Positions 28,580 to 38,204 of a DNA stretch of 64,000 nucleotides are shown in pieces. This DNA comes from Anaerolineae bacterium (lineage in GTDB: Bacteria; Chloroflexota; Anaerolineae; UBA1429). The stretch spans positions 2,752,001 through 2,816,000 of the forward strand of contig OY776562.1 of NCBI GenBank assembly GCA_963675785.1. Reading direction: 5' to 3'. The stretch's first letter is position 1, and the number at the start of each line of letters is the position of its first letter. The position numbers and the translations under genes are program-made. A model generated the notes under the pieces. That model saw only the letters and a program-made list of their open reading frames with translations, was not told the origin of the DNA and searched no databases.

Positions 28580-29983
28580 TCACTCTTTATTCATCTCAAA
28601 TTGATGATGGATAGCACGAACGGCCTCATCAACTTGATCCTGCTTGATGACCAGGGACATGTTATAGTCCGAACCGCCCTGAGCGATAGAGAGAATATTG
28701 ATCTCGCTATCGGCCAAAGCCGCAAAAACGCGCGCTGCTATGCCCGGCACACGCCGCATACCAGCCCCAACAATGGCCACAATGGCAGCACCTTCCGTCT
28801 TTTTCACGCTGGCCACATCGTTGCGCAGCATATCAAAACGGAGCTCTTGTTCCACCGAGTTTTGCGCAGCCAAAGCGTCAGAGGCGGGCACCACAATGCA
28901 GATGCCCTGTTCAGAAGAGGATTGAGTAAACATCAAAGCGCTTGCCCCACTGCGCGCCAAAGCGCTAAATACCCTGCCAGCCACACCTGGCACACCTTGC
29001 ATGCCTCGTCCTGCTATTGTTACCAGAGAAAGATTCCTGATAGCCGTAATACCCTTGACGAGCGGTTCATCAGTGACTTCAGCACAGATCAAAGTGCCTG
29101 GGTGCTCTGACTTGAAAGAGTTGAGCACACGCACAGGAATATCTTGATCAACCACAGGTTGTATTGTTTTGGGATGGAGAACTTTGGCGCCAAAGAAGGA
29201 AAGGTCGGCTGCCTCGCCATAAGAGATGGTTTTAAGGGTGCGGGCGCCGGGGACAATACGCGGATCGGCCGTCATCACGCCATCAACATCTGTCCAAACC
29301 CAAACCTCTTCGGCATCCAGACAGCTGCCCAAAATGGTGGCGCTGTAATCACTGCCGCCTCGGCCTAGCGTCGTAGGAACGCCGTCTTCCGTCGCACCGA
29401 TAAAACCTGTAACAACAGGAACAATCCCTTGAGATACCAATTCTCGCAAATGCTTGGCTCGTTCACGAGTCTGATCGAGCAAGGGTTTGGCATCGCCAAA
29501 ATTACTGCTCGTCACGATGATCTCGGTTGCCTCGATGGATTGCGCAGCAATCCCCATGGACATCATTGTAGCCGCAGTGATACGGGCCGAGATACGCTCG
29601 CCTAAACCAGAAACAACATCCAGGCCACGCGGAGTGAGTTCGCCAAGTGTGTAAATGCTCTGGCAAAGTGTTTCGAGCCAGTCCAGCAGGGTGTTGATTT
29701 CGCTATTGAGAGGGCGGGAGATGGCTTCTTCGATCTGACAGTCCATCACGGCTTGCTCATGGCGCTGTTGCAGCTCGTCGCGCAAGAGCCCGTATGATCT
29801 GCGATCGCCATCCGCAGCAGTTCGTGCCGCCCGCACCAGCATGTCTGTTACACCGCTCATTGCCGAAACAACGACAACCGGCGGCACCCCTTTTTCGTCC
29901 TGAACATGTTGGGCGATGCGCGCAACATTGCGGATGCGCTCACCACTACCAACGGAGGTTCCTCCAAACTTCATGACAATCAT
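28580..29983 (-). CDS. lysC: Aspartate kinase with two ACT domains
   Basis: MKFGGTSVG, VSAMSGVTD, LGRGGSDYSA, WTDVDG, GAKVLHP; AGGAG RBS. Confidence 0.95.
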   Translation of the reverse strand: MIVMKFGGTSVGSGERIRNVARIAQHVQDEKGVPPVVVVSAMSGVTDMLVRAARTAADGDRRSYGLLRDELQQRHEQAVMDCQIEEAISRPLNSEINTLLDWLETLCQSIYTLGELTPRGLDVVSGLGERISARITAATMMSMGIAAQSIEATEIIVTSSNFGDAKPLLDQTRERAKHLRELVSQGIVPVVTGFIGATEDGVPTTLGRGGSDYSATILGSCLDAEEVWVWTDVDGVMTADPRIVPGARTLKTISYGEAADLSFFGAKVLHPKTIQPVVDQDIPVRVLNSFKSEHPGTLICAEVTDEPLVKGITAIRNLSLVTIAGRGMQGVPGVAGRVFSALARSGASALMFTQSSSEQGICIVVPASDALAAQNSVEQELRFDMLRNDVASVKKTEGAAIVAIVGAGMRRVPGIAARVFAALADSEINILSIAQGGSDYNMSLVIKQDQVDEAVRAIHHQFEMNKE

Positions 29984-30117
29984 GATACTGGCTCCTGGGG
30001 GAAACTTGCTGAAAAGTTCGCGGGCAACACCCGCAACAAACCACGGGTAGCGGCAATGCAAGGGGAGGCAACGCTGCCTTTTGGGGCCTCGCCAGATGTG
30101 TTCTGACGATTAGCGAT

Positions 30118-30146
30118 TATTATAAATGAAGAACCCCAATAGCTCA
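30118..30146 (-). promoter_or_regulatory. lysC-asd promoter
   Basis: TTGAGC-17-TATAAT on the minus strand, leaving a leader of about 125 nt. Confidence 0.55.
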
Positions 30147-30158
30147 AGCCTATCAAAA

Positions 30159-31133
30159 TTAGGGATTCAGTATCTGATCAAAAGCATATAGAGCAGGGAT
30201 TCCGCCTGTATGCCAAAACAACACCGCCTCGGCAGGGCCGATCTTGCCGGTGCGGATCAAATCGATTAGCCCGCCGAGCGCTCGCCCTGTGTAAACCGGA
30301 TCGACGAGCAGTCCTTCTGTACGGGCCATCAATTTTATCGCCTCACATTCTAGCGAGCCCGGGTGGGCATAGCCCTCACCAAGATAGCTATCGCAGATAG
30401 TAAGGTGCGCATCATCAAACGAACCACCGTAATCCACTGCCGAGGCAACCAGCGGAGCGAGAGCCAGCACGATACGGCGTAAATCGTCGGCAGGCTTGTC
30501 CACGCTGATGCCGAGAATTTCTCCCTCGTAGCCAGATAACCAGGCCCCTACCAACAATCCTGCCTGAGTGCCGCCCGAGCTGGAAGCAAAGATAATGCGA
30601 TCAAACTGCACATGCATGGCCCCCGCTTGAGCCATCATCTCTTCCATCGCATATACATAGCCAGCAGCGCCTATGGGGCTAGAACCCCCATAGGGAATAA
30701 CATAAGGCGTACGGCCAACAGCCGTTTCGGTGCGCACCACATCATCCACCACCTGCGCCACCGAGAGCGAACCCGTCCAGCGAATTTGCGCCCCAAAGAG
30801 TTGATCCAGCCAAATATTGCCTTTTTTTAGGCTGGGGCATAAACCAGAGAGTACTAACACACAGCGCAGCCCGACACGTGCTGCGGCAGCAGCTGTTTGG
30901 CGAGCGTGATTGGACTGCACAGCACCAGAGGTGACAAGTGTATCTGCACCTTGCGCGAGAGCATCCGCCACGAGGTATTCCAGTTTGCGCACCTTGTTAC
31001 CACCGCCACCCAAGCCCGTCAGGTCGTCACGCTTGATAAACAGGCGCGGACCGCCGAGGTTACCCTCAAGGCGAGACAATTCGTAAAGCGGTGTAGGCAA
31101 TTGAGCCAGAGAATAGCGATTCAGGGTCGACAT
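30159..31133 (-). CDS. D-cysteine desulfhydrase / ACC deaminase family PLP enzyme
   Basis: KRDDLTG..GGNKVRKLEY, QSNH, SSGGTQAG, DPVYTG, FWHTGG. Confidence 0.9.
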   Translation of the reverse strand: MSTLNRYSLAQLPTPLYELSRLEGNLGGPRLFIKRDDLTGLGGGGNKVRKLEYLVADALAQGADTLVTSGAVQSNHARQTAAAAARVGLRCVLVLSGLCPSLKKGNIWLDQLFGAQIRWTGSLSVAQVVDDVVRTETAVGRTPYVIPYGGSSPIGAAGYVYAMEEMMAQAGAMHVQFDRIIFASSSGGTQAGLLVGAWLSGYEGEILGISVDKPADDLRRIVLALAPLVASAVDYGGSFDDAHLTICDSYLGEGYAHPGSLECEAIKLMARTEGLLVDPVYTGRALGGLIDLIRTGKIGPAEAVLFWHTGGIPALYAFDQILNP

Positions 31134-31224
31134 TTTGTTCTCTCTTCCTTGGCAATTCTCATGGCCAGTATAACATAGCAGCAGAAAGAAACATATAAGA
31201 CTTGACTTCTTATATGTAGTTCAC

Positions 31225-31258
31225 TTGCGTTTTGAACAGCCGTATAGTAAACTGTTCA
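31225..31258 (+). promoter_or_regulatory. recA promoter with overlapping inverted repeat
   Basis: TTGCGT-17-TAAACT; TGAACAG-N12-CTGTTCA at 31233-31258. Confidence 0.5.
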
Positions 31259-31287
31259 CATGAGGAGTAACCAGGGGGATTTTACCT

Positions 31288-32334
31288 ATGACCGTTGAGG
31301 GCCGAGACAAAGCGCTCGATACAGCCGTCACTCAAATCAAAAAGCGTTTTGGCGAAGGCTCCATCATGAAGCTTGGCGGTTCCACCAAGCTTTCTGTGGA
31401 AGCAATTCCCACGGGCTGTCTCGCGCTAGACATGGCGCTCGGTATTGGTGGCATTCCCCGAGGTAGGATCACCGAAATCTATGGACCCGAATCATCCGGC
31501 AAGACGACATTGTGTCAGCATGTCATTGCCGAATGCCAAAAGATGGGTGGCGTAGCGGCTTTCATCGATGTTGAACATGCACTTGATCCCGCTTATGCGG
31601 CCCGGTGCGGCGTCAATATTGACGAGTTATACATTTCTCAACCTGATACAGGCGAGCAAGCGTTAGAGATCACCGAGGCCCTGATTCGTAGCGGTGCAGT
31701 TGATATCATCGTTGTGGATTCTGTGGCTGCGCTGGTCCCGCAAGCAGAGATCGAAGGCGATATGGGCGATGCCCATATGGGTCTGCAAGCCAGGCTCATG
31801 TCTCAGGCTCTGCGCAAGCTTACAGGCGCTATCAGTAAAAGTCGTACTGCCCTTATCTTTACCAATCAGCTGCGTATGAAAATTGGCGTGCTCTTTGGCA
31901 ATCCCGAAACGACCAGTGGAGGGAATGCACTAAAGTTTTACGCAGCAGTTCGATTGGACATGCGCCCCATGGAAACCATCAAACAACAAGCCGACATGAT
32001 CGGCAAGCGCGTGCGGGTTCGTGTCAAGAAGAACAAGGTGGCTCCTCCGTTCAAGGTGGCTGAGTTCGATATCATGTTCGATCATGGCATTTCCCGAGAG
32101 GGAAGTTTGCTTGATGTTGGTGTCGACAGTGGTGTGATCGTCAAGCGAGGCAGTTTCTACTCGTATGGCGAGACACGGCTCGGCCAGGGTAGAGAGAACG
32201 TCAAGACGTTCCTCACCGAGAATCCGGATATGGCTGCTCAGATCGAGCAAGACGTTCGGGTGAACCTTGGATTTTTGGGCGCGCCTGCTGACGATGGCGA
32301 CGATGATCAGATTACTGAAGCAGACGAGGACTGA
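31288..32334 (+). CDS. recA: Recombinase RecA
   Basis: [43 protein letters not shown]. Confidence 0.98.
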   Translation: MTVEGRDKALDTAVTQIKKRFGEGSIMKLGGSTKLSVEAIPTGCLALDMALGIGGIPRGRITEIYGPESSGKTTLCQHVIAECQKMGGVAAFIDVEHALDPAYAARCGVNIDELYISQPDTGEQALEITEALIRSGAVDIIVVDSVAALVPQAEIEGDMGDAHMGLQARLMSQALRKLTGAISKSRTALIFTNQLRMKIGVLFGNPETTSGGNALKFYAAVRLDMRPMETIKQQADMIGKRVRVRVKKNKVAPPFKVAEFDIMFDHGISREGSLLDVGVDSGVIVKRGSFYSYGETRLGQGRENVKTFLTENPDMAAQIEQDVRVNLGFLGAPADDGDDDQITEADED

Positions 32335-32381
32335 TTCGATCTGTACTGATATTCGTTGCTGATCAAGGCTGGGCCCCAGCC

Positions 32382-32530
32382 AGCGCTGTACGTAAGGCGC
32401 GTGATTCCGGCGAGGGGTGGCCTTAACGTATCTGTAGACATATAACAGAACGGAAGGCAAGCAAAGGTCGTTGACCTGCTGCCAGTATTCATCTATCTAG
32501 CCAGTATCACTGCACTCTACAACAGTTGCT
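32382..32530 (+). ncRNA. Candidate structured RNA (long closing stem with internal hairpins; 6S-like but unassigned)
   Basis: 5' AGCGCTGTACGTAAGGCGCGTGATTCCGGCGAG pairs imperfectly with 3' CTAGCCAGTATCACTGCACTCTACAACAGTTGCT; apical GGCAAGCAAAGGTC/GACCTGCTGCC stem; downstream terminator. Confidence 0.45.
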
Positions 32531-32560
32531 AGCGAGGTGTAGCATGTGCTACGCCCCGTG

Positions 32561-32590
32561 GGCTGTGGCCTCTGCGCCACAGCTTTTTTT
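32561..32590 (+). terminator. Intrinsic terminator between recA and recX
   Basis: GGCTGTGGC-CTCTGC-GCCACAGCT followed by a T run. Confidence 0.85.
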
Positions 32591-32613
32591 GTTTATCGGA
32601 ACAGGCGATCAAA

Positions 32614-33255
32614 ATGCCGCAGATCACATCTCTCGTCGTACAACGACGAAATCGCGGTCGAGTGAATGTTTACATCGATGGCAATTTCGGATTCGGCCTG
32701 GCTGTAATCTTGGCCGCAACCTTGCATATCGGGCAAGAGATTTCAAAAGAAGACATAGCCGAGCTGCAAGAAAGAGATGCTGTTGAAGCAGCATACGAAA
32801 AATGCTTGAACTATTTGAGCTACCGCCCCCACAGTCGTCAAGAGGTGGAACGGTATCTCGCCAAAAAAGATATTCAGGATAGTACCGTCGAAGAGGTTGT
32901 TGAGCGCCTTGAACGCCAACACCTGATCGACGATCGGGAATTCGCTAGATTCTGGGTCGAGAACCGTGAGACCTTTCGCCCGAGAGGGCGTTACGCTCTT
33001 CAATACGAACTCTGGCAAAAGGGGGTATCCTCTGATGCCATCGATGCTGCCTTGATAGATGTTGACGAAGAAGCAAGCGCGCAACGCGCCGCCGAGAAAT
33101 ATGTCCGGCGTCTTGTCGGCCTTGATAGGGATACCTATTACAGGCGCCTTCTGAGTTATCTGCAGCGTCGTGGGTTTGGATACGGGGTGTCTCGTCAAAT
33201 AGTTGACCAGCTTTGGTCCAAACTAGATGACGAGGAGGGGACCAACCCGGACTAG
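32614..33255 (+). CDS. recX: Regulatory protein RecX
   Basis: RVNVYIDG, YLSYRPHS..E, IDDREFA, LQRRGF; downstream of recA. Confidence 0.93.
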   Translation: MPQITSLVVQRRNRGRVNVYIDGNFGFGLAVILAATLHIGQEISKEDIAELQERDAVEAAYEKCLNYLSYRPHSRQEVERYLAKKDIQDSTVEEVVERLERQHLIDDREFARFWVENRETFRPRGRYALQYELWQKGVSSDAIDAALIDVDEEASAQRAAEKYVRRLVGLDRDTYYRRLLSYLQRRGFGYGVSRQIVDQLWSKLDDEEGTNPD

Positions 33256-33300
33256 CGGGTAAAACCCGATAATGAATAGAATTTAGAAAGGATCTTAAGA

Positions 33301-34830
33301 ATGGGACCGTTTTGGAGTGCAGCAATTGCCCTCGTTGCTGCTGTAGCAGCATACTTGGTGGGATACACAGTCCGCTTGGGTGGTATCAACAAGAAAGCCA
33401 CGCTGATCGAAACTGAAGCGGAGACCCTGCTTCGAGATGCGAATTCCAAGGCCAAAGAGATTGAACTAGAGGCCCGCAACAGCGCACTTCGCATCAAAGA
33501 AGAAGCCGAGTCTGAAGCCCGGCAAAGACAACAGGAAGTTGCCCACCAAGAAGATCGTCTTCAGCAAAGACGTGAGAATCTAGATCGGCGCTTTGATGCG
33601 CTTGAAGCTCGTCAGCACAAGATGGAAGACCGTAAAAAGAGCCTCGATTTGCGTCAGCAAGAACTGGATAGTGCTTGGGAAGCGCATATCGCTGAACTAG
33701 AACGCATTTCGGCCATGAGCCGTGATGAGGCGCGTGAAGTGCTTTTACAGCGTGTTGAGGACGATGCGCGCATTGATGCTGCCCGCATTATGCGGGAGAT
33801 TGAAGCTGAAGCGCGTGAGACAGCTGACAAAAAGGCAGAAGAGATTGTCTTACAGGCAATTCAGCGTGTCGCCACAGATGTTGTCGCAGACAGAACAGTC
33901 TCGACGGTTGAACTGCCCAATGATGAGATGAAAGGTCGCATTATCGGTCGCGGCGGACGAAACATCCGCGCTATCGAAAATATCACCGGCGTCGACCTTG
34001 TTATTGATGATACGCCCGAAGCCGTGCTTCTTTCGAGCTTTGACCCCGTCCGGCGTGAAGTAGCACGAATTGCGCTCACACGCCTTATCAGTGATGGTCG
34101 TATCCACCCCGCCCGTATCGAATCCACCGTGGAAAAGGCCCGTCAAGAAGTTGAGACGGTTATCCGCGAAGAAGGCGAGCGCGCGGCCTATGATCTGAGC
34201 ATCCATCAGTTGCCCAAAGAGCTTTTACATCTTCTTGGTCGGCTCAAGTATCGAACCAGCTATGGGCAAAATGTTCTCAAGCACTCTATCGAAACAGCGC
34301 AACTCTGCGCGGTGATGGCCGCCGAGCTTGAGGCAGACGTTGAAATGGCCAAAACAGCCGGTCTCCTTCATGATATTGGCAAAGCGGTGGATCACGAAGT
34401 TGATGGGCCTCATGCTATAATCGGAGCAGAGATAGCCAAGCGCCATAACCTGCCCGACAATATCTGTAACGCCATCGGCAGTCACCACGGCGAAATGGAA
34501 CAGTTAACAATGGAAGCCGTGATCGTTCAGGTTGCCGATGCCATTTCGGCGGCACGTCCTGGTGCACGCCGTGAATCGCTAGAGAACTATATCAAGCGCA
34601 TCAAATCTTTGGAGCAAGTCGCGAATTCGTTTGAAGGTGTTGATACGTCATACGCAATTCAGGCTGGTAGAGAAGTACGCATCATCGTCAAGCCCGATCA
34701 AATAGACGATCTTGCCGCAATGCGTCTATCCAAGGATATTGCTCGTAAGGTAGAAGAGAGTCTGCAATATCCAGGACAGATCAAGATTACTGTAATCCGA
34801 GAAACAAGGGCTTCTGATATCGCCAAGTAG
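33301..34830 (+). CDS. rny: Ribonuclease Y
   Basis: N-terminal TM, coiled coil, KH ([13 protein letters not shown]), HD (LLHDIGK), SAARPGAR. Confidence 0.97.
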   Translation: MGPFWSAAIALVAAVAAYLVGYTVRLGGINKKATLIETEAETLLRDANSKAKEIELEARNSALRIKEEAESEARQRQQEVAHQEDRLQQRRENLDRRFDALEARQHKMEDRKKSLDLRQQELDSAWEAHIAELERISAMSRDEAREVLLQRVEDDARIDAARIMREIEAEARETADKKAEEIVLQAIQRVATDVVADRTVSTVELPNDEMKGRIIGRGGRNIRAIENITGVDLVIDDTPEAVLLSSFDPVRREVARIALTRLISDGRIHPARIESTVEKARQEVETVIREEGERAAYDLSIHQLPKELLHLLGRLKYRTSYGQNVLKHSIETAQLCAVMAAELEADVEMAKTAGLLHDIGKAVDHEVDGPHAIIGAEIAKRHNLPDNICNAIGSHHGEMEQLTMEAVIVQVADAISAARPGARRESLENYIKRIKSLEQVANSFEGVDTSYAIQAGREVRIIVKPDQIDDLAAMRLSKDIARKVEESLQYPGQIKITVIRETRASDIAK

Positions 34831-34935
34831 AAAATTTATCTGAGACTTCCTATTGATTGCACCTTGCCTGACTGCGTCAAGCCATTGCAATAATCGGTCC
34901 TTCATCCGAATGCAATCTTGAGGGGAGCGTCTCAC

Positions 34936-35196
34936 ATGGAAATACTCAAAGTCTCCGCACGATCCAGGTCAACCGCTGTGGCTGGTGCAATTGCAGGAGT
35001 CATCCGCGACACGGGGCGCGCAGAAGTACAGGCAATTGGTGCAGGGGCCGTGAACCAGGCGACCAAAGCTGTGGCAATTGCCAGAGGCTACCTTGCACTT
35101 GAAGGGATTGATGTCATCTGCATACCATCATTCGCGGATGTCACCATCGGGGATCAGGAACGAACAGCGATCAAGCTCATTGTTGAGCCTCGCTAG
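34936..35196 (+). CDS. spoVS: SpoVS family protein
   Basis: MEILKVSA, AVAGAIAG, AIGAGAVNQATKAVAIARG. Confidence 0.95.
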   Translation: MEILKVSARSRSTAVAGAIAGVIRDTGRAEVQAIGAGAVNQATKAVAIARGYLALEGIDVICIPSFADVTIGDQERTAIKLIVEPR

Positions 35197-35204
35197 AGCC
35201 AAAA

Positions 35205-35334
35205 CTGGCCACTTTTGTTCTCTGAACATCATCAACAAAGACACAACTGCACTTGATGCGTATCTGCCAGAGTTCGATGGTAACGTATCATTGGTTGTCT
35301 GTGTGCTCATGCAGAACGTGTTTGTTTTAGCCAG
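35205..35334 (+). other. About 130-nt imperfect rod-like hairpin in the 3' region of rny-spoVS
   Basis: Nested pairings CTGGC/GCCAG, TGTTCT/AGAACG, AGACACAAC/GTTGTCT, TGATGCGT/ACGTATCA, TGCCA/TGGTA. Confidence 0.55.
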
Positions 35335-35353
35335 GGCCGTGCCACACAAAAAG

Positions 35354-35391
35354 AAAGAGGCTATCATGATAATCATGACAGCCTCTTTTTT
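35354..35391. terminator. Bidirectional intrinsic terminator
   Basis: AAAGAGGCTATCATGA-TAA-TCATGACAGCCTCTTTTTT. Confidence 0.85.
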
Positions 35392-35424
35392 AGCAATACT
35401 GCCTGCCACGAGTCCACTATTTTT

Positions 35425-36588
35425 CTAGTCGGTCGCGGTATCGTCCTTTTGAACTCGACGGGGCGCATTGTTACGATTGGATGTTTTCCTCCGTCTCGGG
35501 CTTCTGCTCAAGTTTTTCCTGGTCTCATCGTTGGTATGATGATCCGGCTTGACCGATGAACTTGGACGTTGCTCCCGTAAGGGTTGTGCATTGCCCCCAT
35601 CTGATCGTGTATTTGAACTGGGTCGACGTCGGTGACCTGCGTTTCTACGAGTCTCCTCGCTAGAACGCACCAAGTTCTCATCACCAGAAAACTCGTCCTC
35701 ATCCAAATCTTCGCGTTCACTTTCAGCATAGTTCAAAGCCTTGCGAACTGCTGAAACCGCCCCCGGCCCTTCTGGAATCTGGATATCCTCTTCGCCATTA
35801 AGCTGAGCCTCTGTCACCCGTAGGCGAGTCCCATCCTCAAGCTCTATCTCAGCCAACTCTTTGACAATATTGAGCCCGATAACGCGAGCTGGCCCTATAG
35901 ACGTTTCGATGTACTTGCCCACCTTGGGAAAACGAGAACGTACTTCTCTGTAAACTTCGTTCTCGTAATTCAAGCAACAGAGAAGCCTTCCACACAGTCC
36001 CGATATTTCGAGCGGCGTCAAGGGCAAGTTCTGTGTCTTGGCCATGCGAATGGAAACAGGACAAAACTCGTGCATCCATGTCGAACAGCACAACTCACGA
36101 CCGCATTTGCCAATCCCGCCAATCATTTTGGCCTGGTCGCGAACACCTATTTGCCGCAGTTCGATGCGGGTACGAAAAACCCGAGCTAGGTCTCGCACCA
36201 ATTGGCGAAAATCAACGCGGTGATCCGAAGTGAAGAAAAAGGTCAGCCGAGAACCATCAAAACTGTATTCGGCGTCCACAACTTTCATATCGAGGCTAGA
36301 TTTGATGATCTCTTGGTCACAACGTTCAAGAGCCTCGGCCTCACGCAGACGATATCTCTCTGTGATTAAGAGATCATGGCTGGTCGCTTTACGGACTACT
36401 TCTTTGAGCGTGCCAACTATTTCGCTTTCATCGATCTCGTGAATCCCTTGCCGAATCTCGCCAATTTCTTTGCCTCTGGCCGTCTCGACGATGACGCTCT
36501 CGCCAATCTCGATCTCTTCCAAGGGGCCAGGAGCGAAAAAATACACTTTGCCCGTGCCTCGAAATTTAACCCCACATACAAGCGGCAT
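35425..36588 (-). CDS. ricT: RicT/YaaT (PSP1 domain) protein with long charged disordered C-tail
   Basis: RVDFRQLVRDL, RIELRQIGVRD, CGRELCC, SGLCGRLLCCL. Confidence 0.92.
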   Translation of the reverse strand: MPLVCGVKFRGTGKVYFFAPGPLEEIEIGESVIVETARGKEIGEIRQGIHEIDESEIVGTLKEVVRKATSHDLLITERYRLREAEALERCDQEIIKSSLDMKVVDAEYSFDGSRLTFFFTSDHRVDFRQLVRDLARVFRTRIELRQIGVRDQAKMIGGIGKCGRELCCSTWMHEFCPVSIRMAKTQNLPLTPLEISGLCGRLLCCLNYENEVYREVRSRFPKVGKYIETSIGPARVIGLNIVKELAEIELEDGTRLRVTEAQLNGEEDIQIPEGPGAVSAVRKALNYAESEREDLDEDEFSGDENLVRSSEETRRNAGHRRRPSSNTRSDGGNAQPLREQRPSSSVKPDHHTNDETRKNLSRSPRRRKTSNRNNAPRRVQKDDTATD

Positions 36589-36610
36589 GTACAGCCGTCC
36601 TCTCTATGCG

Positions 36611-37582
36611 CTAACTCGCCAACAACGGAAGCCTTAACAACAATACCTCCATGGCTAGGCGAGGGTTAACGTTCTGTCCCAATTGTTCCAGAGTCTCTTC
36701 TATCTGGCGCTCTGCCTGGTCCGCATCTGCGGCATCCAGGTGTTGGCCCTCTGAATCAATCAGTGTTGCCCAATCGATATCAACTGCCAGTTTCGGTTTG
36801 CCGACGCTTGCCACCAAGACATCATGCCACCATCCCTGCCAAAATCCCAGCACCTCTTCAAGATCGTCTGTTTTTGCCAGCTTTTCGGCTGCCACAATTC
36901 TATCCGCTGGCATAGAACGCAGAATGCTCATCAGCGCTTTTGTTCTCTCTGCTCTCTGCTGCACCAAAGAATCGTCCTCTGCGGCCAAAAGTGCCCAGCC
37001 TATACGTCCTGCAGCCATGCTCGCCAATTTCGTTGCTTGTTCAGGCGCTATACTGTAACGCTCCGCAAGTGTCCGCTCAATCACGTGCCCCGATACAAGA
37101 CGCAAACCAATATGCTGGCAGCGCGATACGACAGTTGGCAAAAGCAGGCTTGTATCTCGTGCTGTGAGGATGATGATAGCACTCGCTGGAGGTTCTTCCA
37201 GTGTTTTGAGAAGCGCGTTTGCAGCTTCGGTCGTGGCAGTTTCGAACTCGGTGATAATACAAACACGATGACTGGACTGATAGGGCTTGAGCGATAGCTC
37301 GTGCTGTGCGTTGCGTATCTGCTCGATACGAATTGTGCCCTTATCGGGCGCAACCACAGTCAGATCCGGATGGGCCCCAGCAAGAATCCCCTTGCAACTT
37401 GAGCACATCTTACAAGGCGCATCAACCTCACGGCAGTTGATGGCTGCCGCAAGTTCCTTCGCCAAATGGCTTTTGCCAATACCTGTAGGACCAGTAAAGA
37501 GAAAAGTGTGCGAAAGACGCCCACGCTTGAGACTATTGCTCAGCAACTCTACGGCCCAGTCGTGCCCGATCGTCTGCCACAT
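36611..37582 (-). CDS. holB: DNA polymerase III subunit delta'
   Basis: GPTGIGKS, C..C..C..C, HPD, ANALLKTLEEPP, TVVSRC. Confidence 0.95.
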   Translation of the reverse strand: MWQTIGHDWAVELLSNSLKRGRLSHTFLFTGPTGIGKSHLAKELAAAINCREVDAPCKMCSSCKGILAGAHPDLTVVAPDKGTIRIEQIRNAQHELSLKPYQSSHRVCIITEFETATTEAANALLKTLEEPPASAIIILTARDTSLLLPTVVSRCQHIGLRLVSGHVIERTLAERYSIAPEQATKLASMAAGRIGWALLAAEDDSLVQQRAERTKALMSILRSMPADRIVAAEKLAKTDDLEEVLGFWQGWWHDVLVASVGKPKLAVDIDWATLIDSEGQHLDAADADQAERQIEETLEQLGQNVNPRLAMEVLLLRLPLLAS

Positions 37583-37706
37583 CGAATAGTAGGCCTTGCT
37601 TTAGATGCTGTACTCGGTGATTCTACCATGCTGACCCCTGCTGCACAAATAATCAGCGCATCCACGCCTGTGGTATACTGGTTTTATAAAGTGAAAAGAG
37701 GTACTT

Positions 37707-38204
37707 GTGAGCCAACATCGGCCATCTATCGCTTTTAGAATACGGCAAAATCACGCCTTTGAACATGCCACATTGCATATTGCTTCAAAACATGGCCTTA
37801 GGCACCGCTTGGCCGGCATTTCCTATTGGTCTGGCTATTTGCTACTAGGCCAGGTTAGCACTTCTTTTGTACAACTTGCGGCAAATGAAGCACTACAATC
37901 ATTGAAAAACGGCCAAAGTGAATTAGCCATCCACTCTCACTGTGGAACCAATGTGGCCGCCACTGGCCTTATCGCCATTCTCGCCGCCCTGCTTTCTTGG
38001 GAGGCATGGCAAAATCTATGGTTAAGATCCCTCGGTATTGCTGCAGGATTGGTGCTCTCTGTTTTTGTTGGCCCCGATTTAGGAACAAGCATGCAAAAGC
38101 ATGTCACCACGACGCCTCATGTCGAGACCCTTGAAATAAAGGGCCTTTGCCGTTTACAGATAGGAAAGCTCGTAATCCATCAAGTCCGCACGGAGGCTCG
38201 CTAA
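37707..38204 (+). CDS. DUF6391-like membrane protein
   Basis: RIRQNHAFEHATLH, LAIHSHCGT, two TM helices. Confidence 0.6.
   Translation: MSQHRPSIAFRIRQNHAFEHATLHIASKHGLRHRLAGISYWSGYLLLGQVSTSFVQLAANEALQSLKNGQSELAIHSHCGTNVAATGLIAILAALLSWEAWQNLWLRSLGIAAGLVLSVFVGPDLGTSMQKHVTTTPHVETLEIKGLCRLQIGKLVIHQVRTEAR

Noticed and set aside
29984-30110. Lysine or SAM-I riboswitch before lysC
   Set aside because: Too short for the lysine aptamer and lacks its AGAGGUGC/AGUA core; lacks the SAM-I AUC..GAGGGA..GCAACC..GUGC..GAU order
32440-32470. SRP RNA helix 8 (CAG..GGAA..AGCA resemblance)
   Set aside because: Bases flanking GGAA (AAC/GGC) do not form the required stem, and CAGG is absent
35128-35409. 93-aa minus-strand ORF with signal-like start downstream of ricT
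   Set aside because: Spans a bidirectional terminator and overlaps spoVS antisense; no RBS
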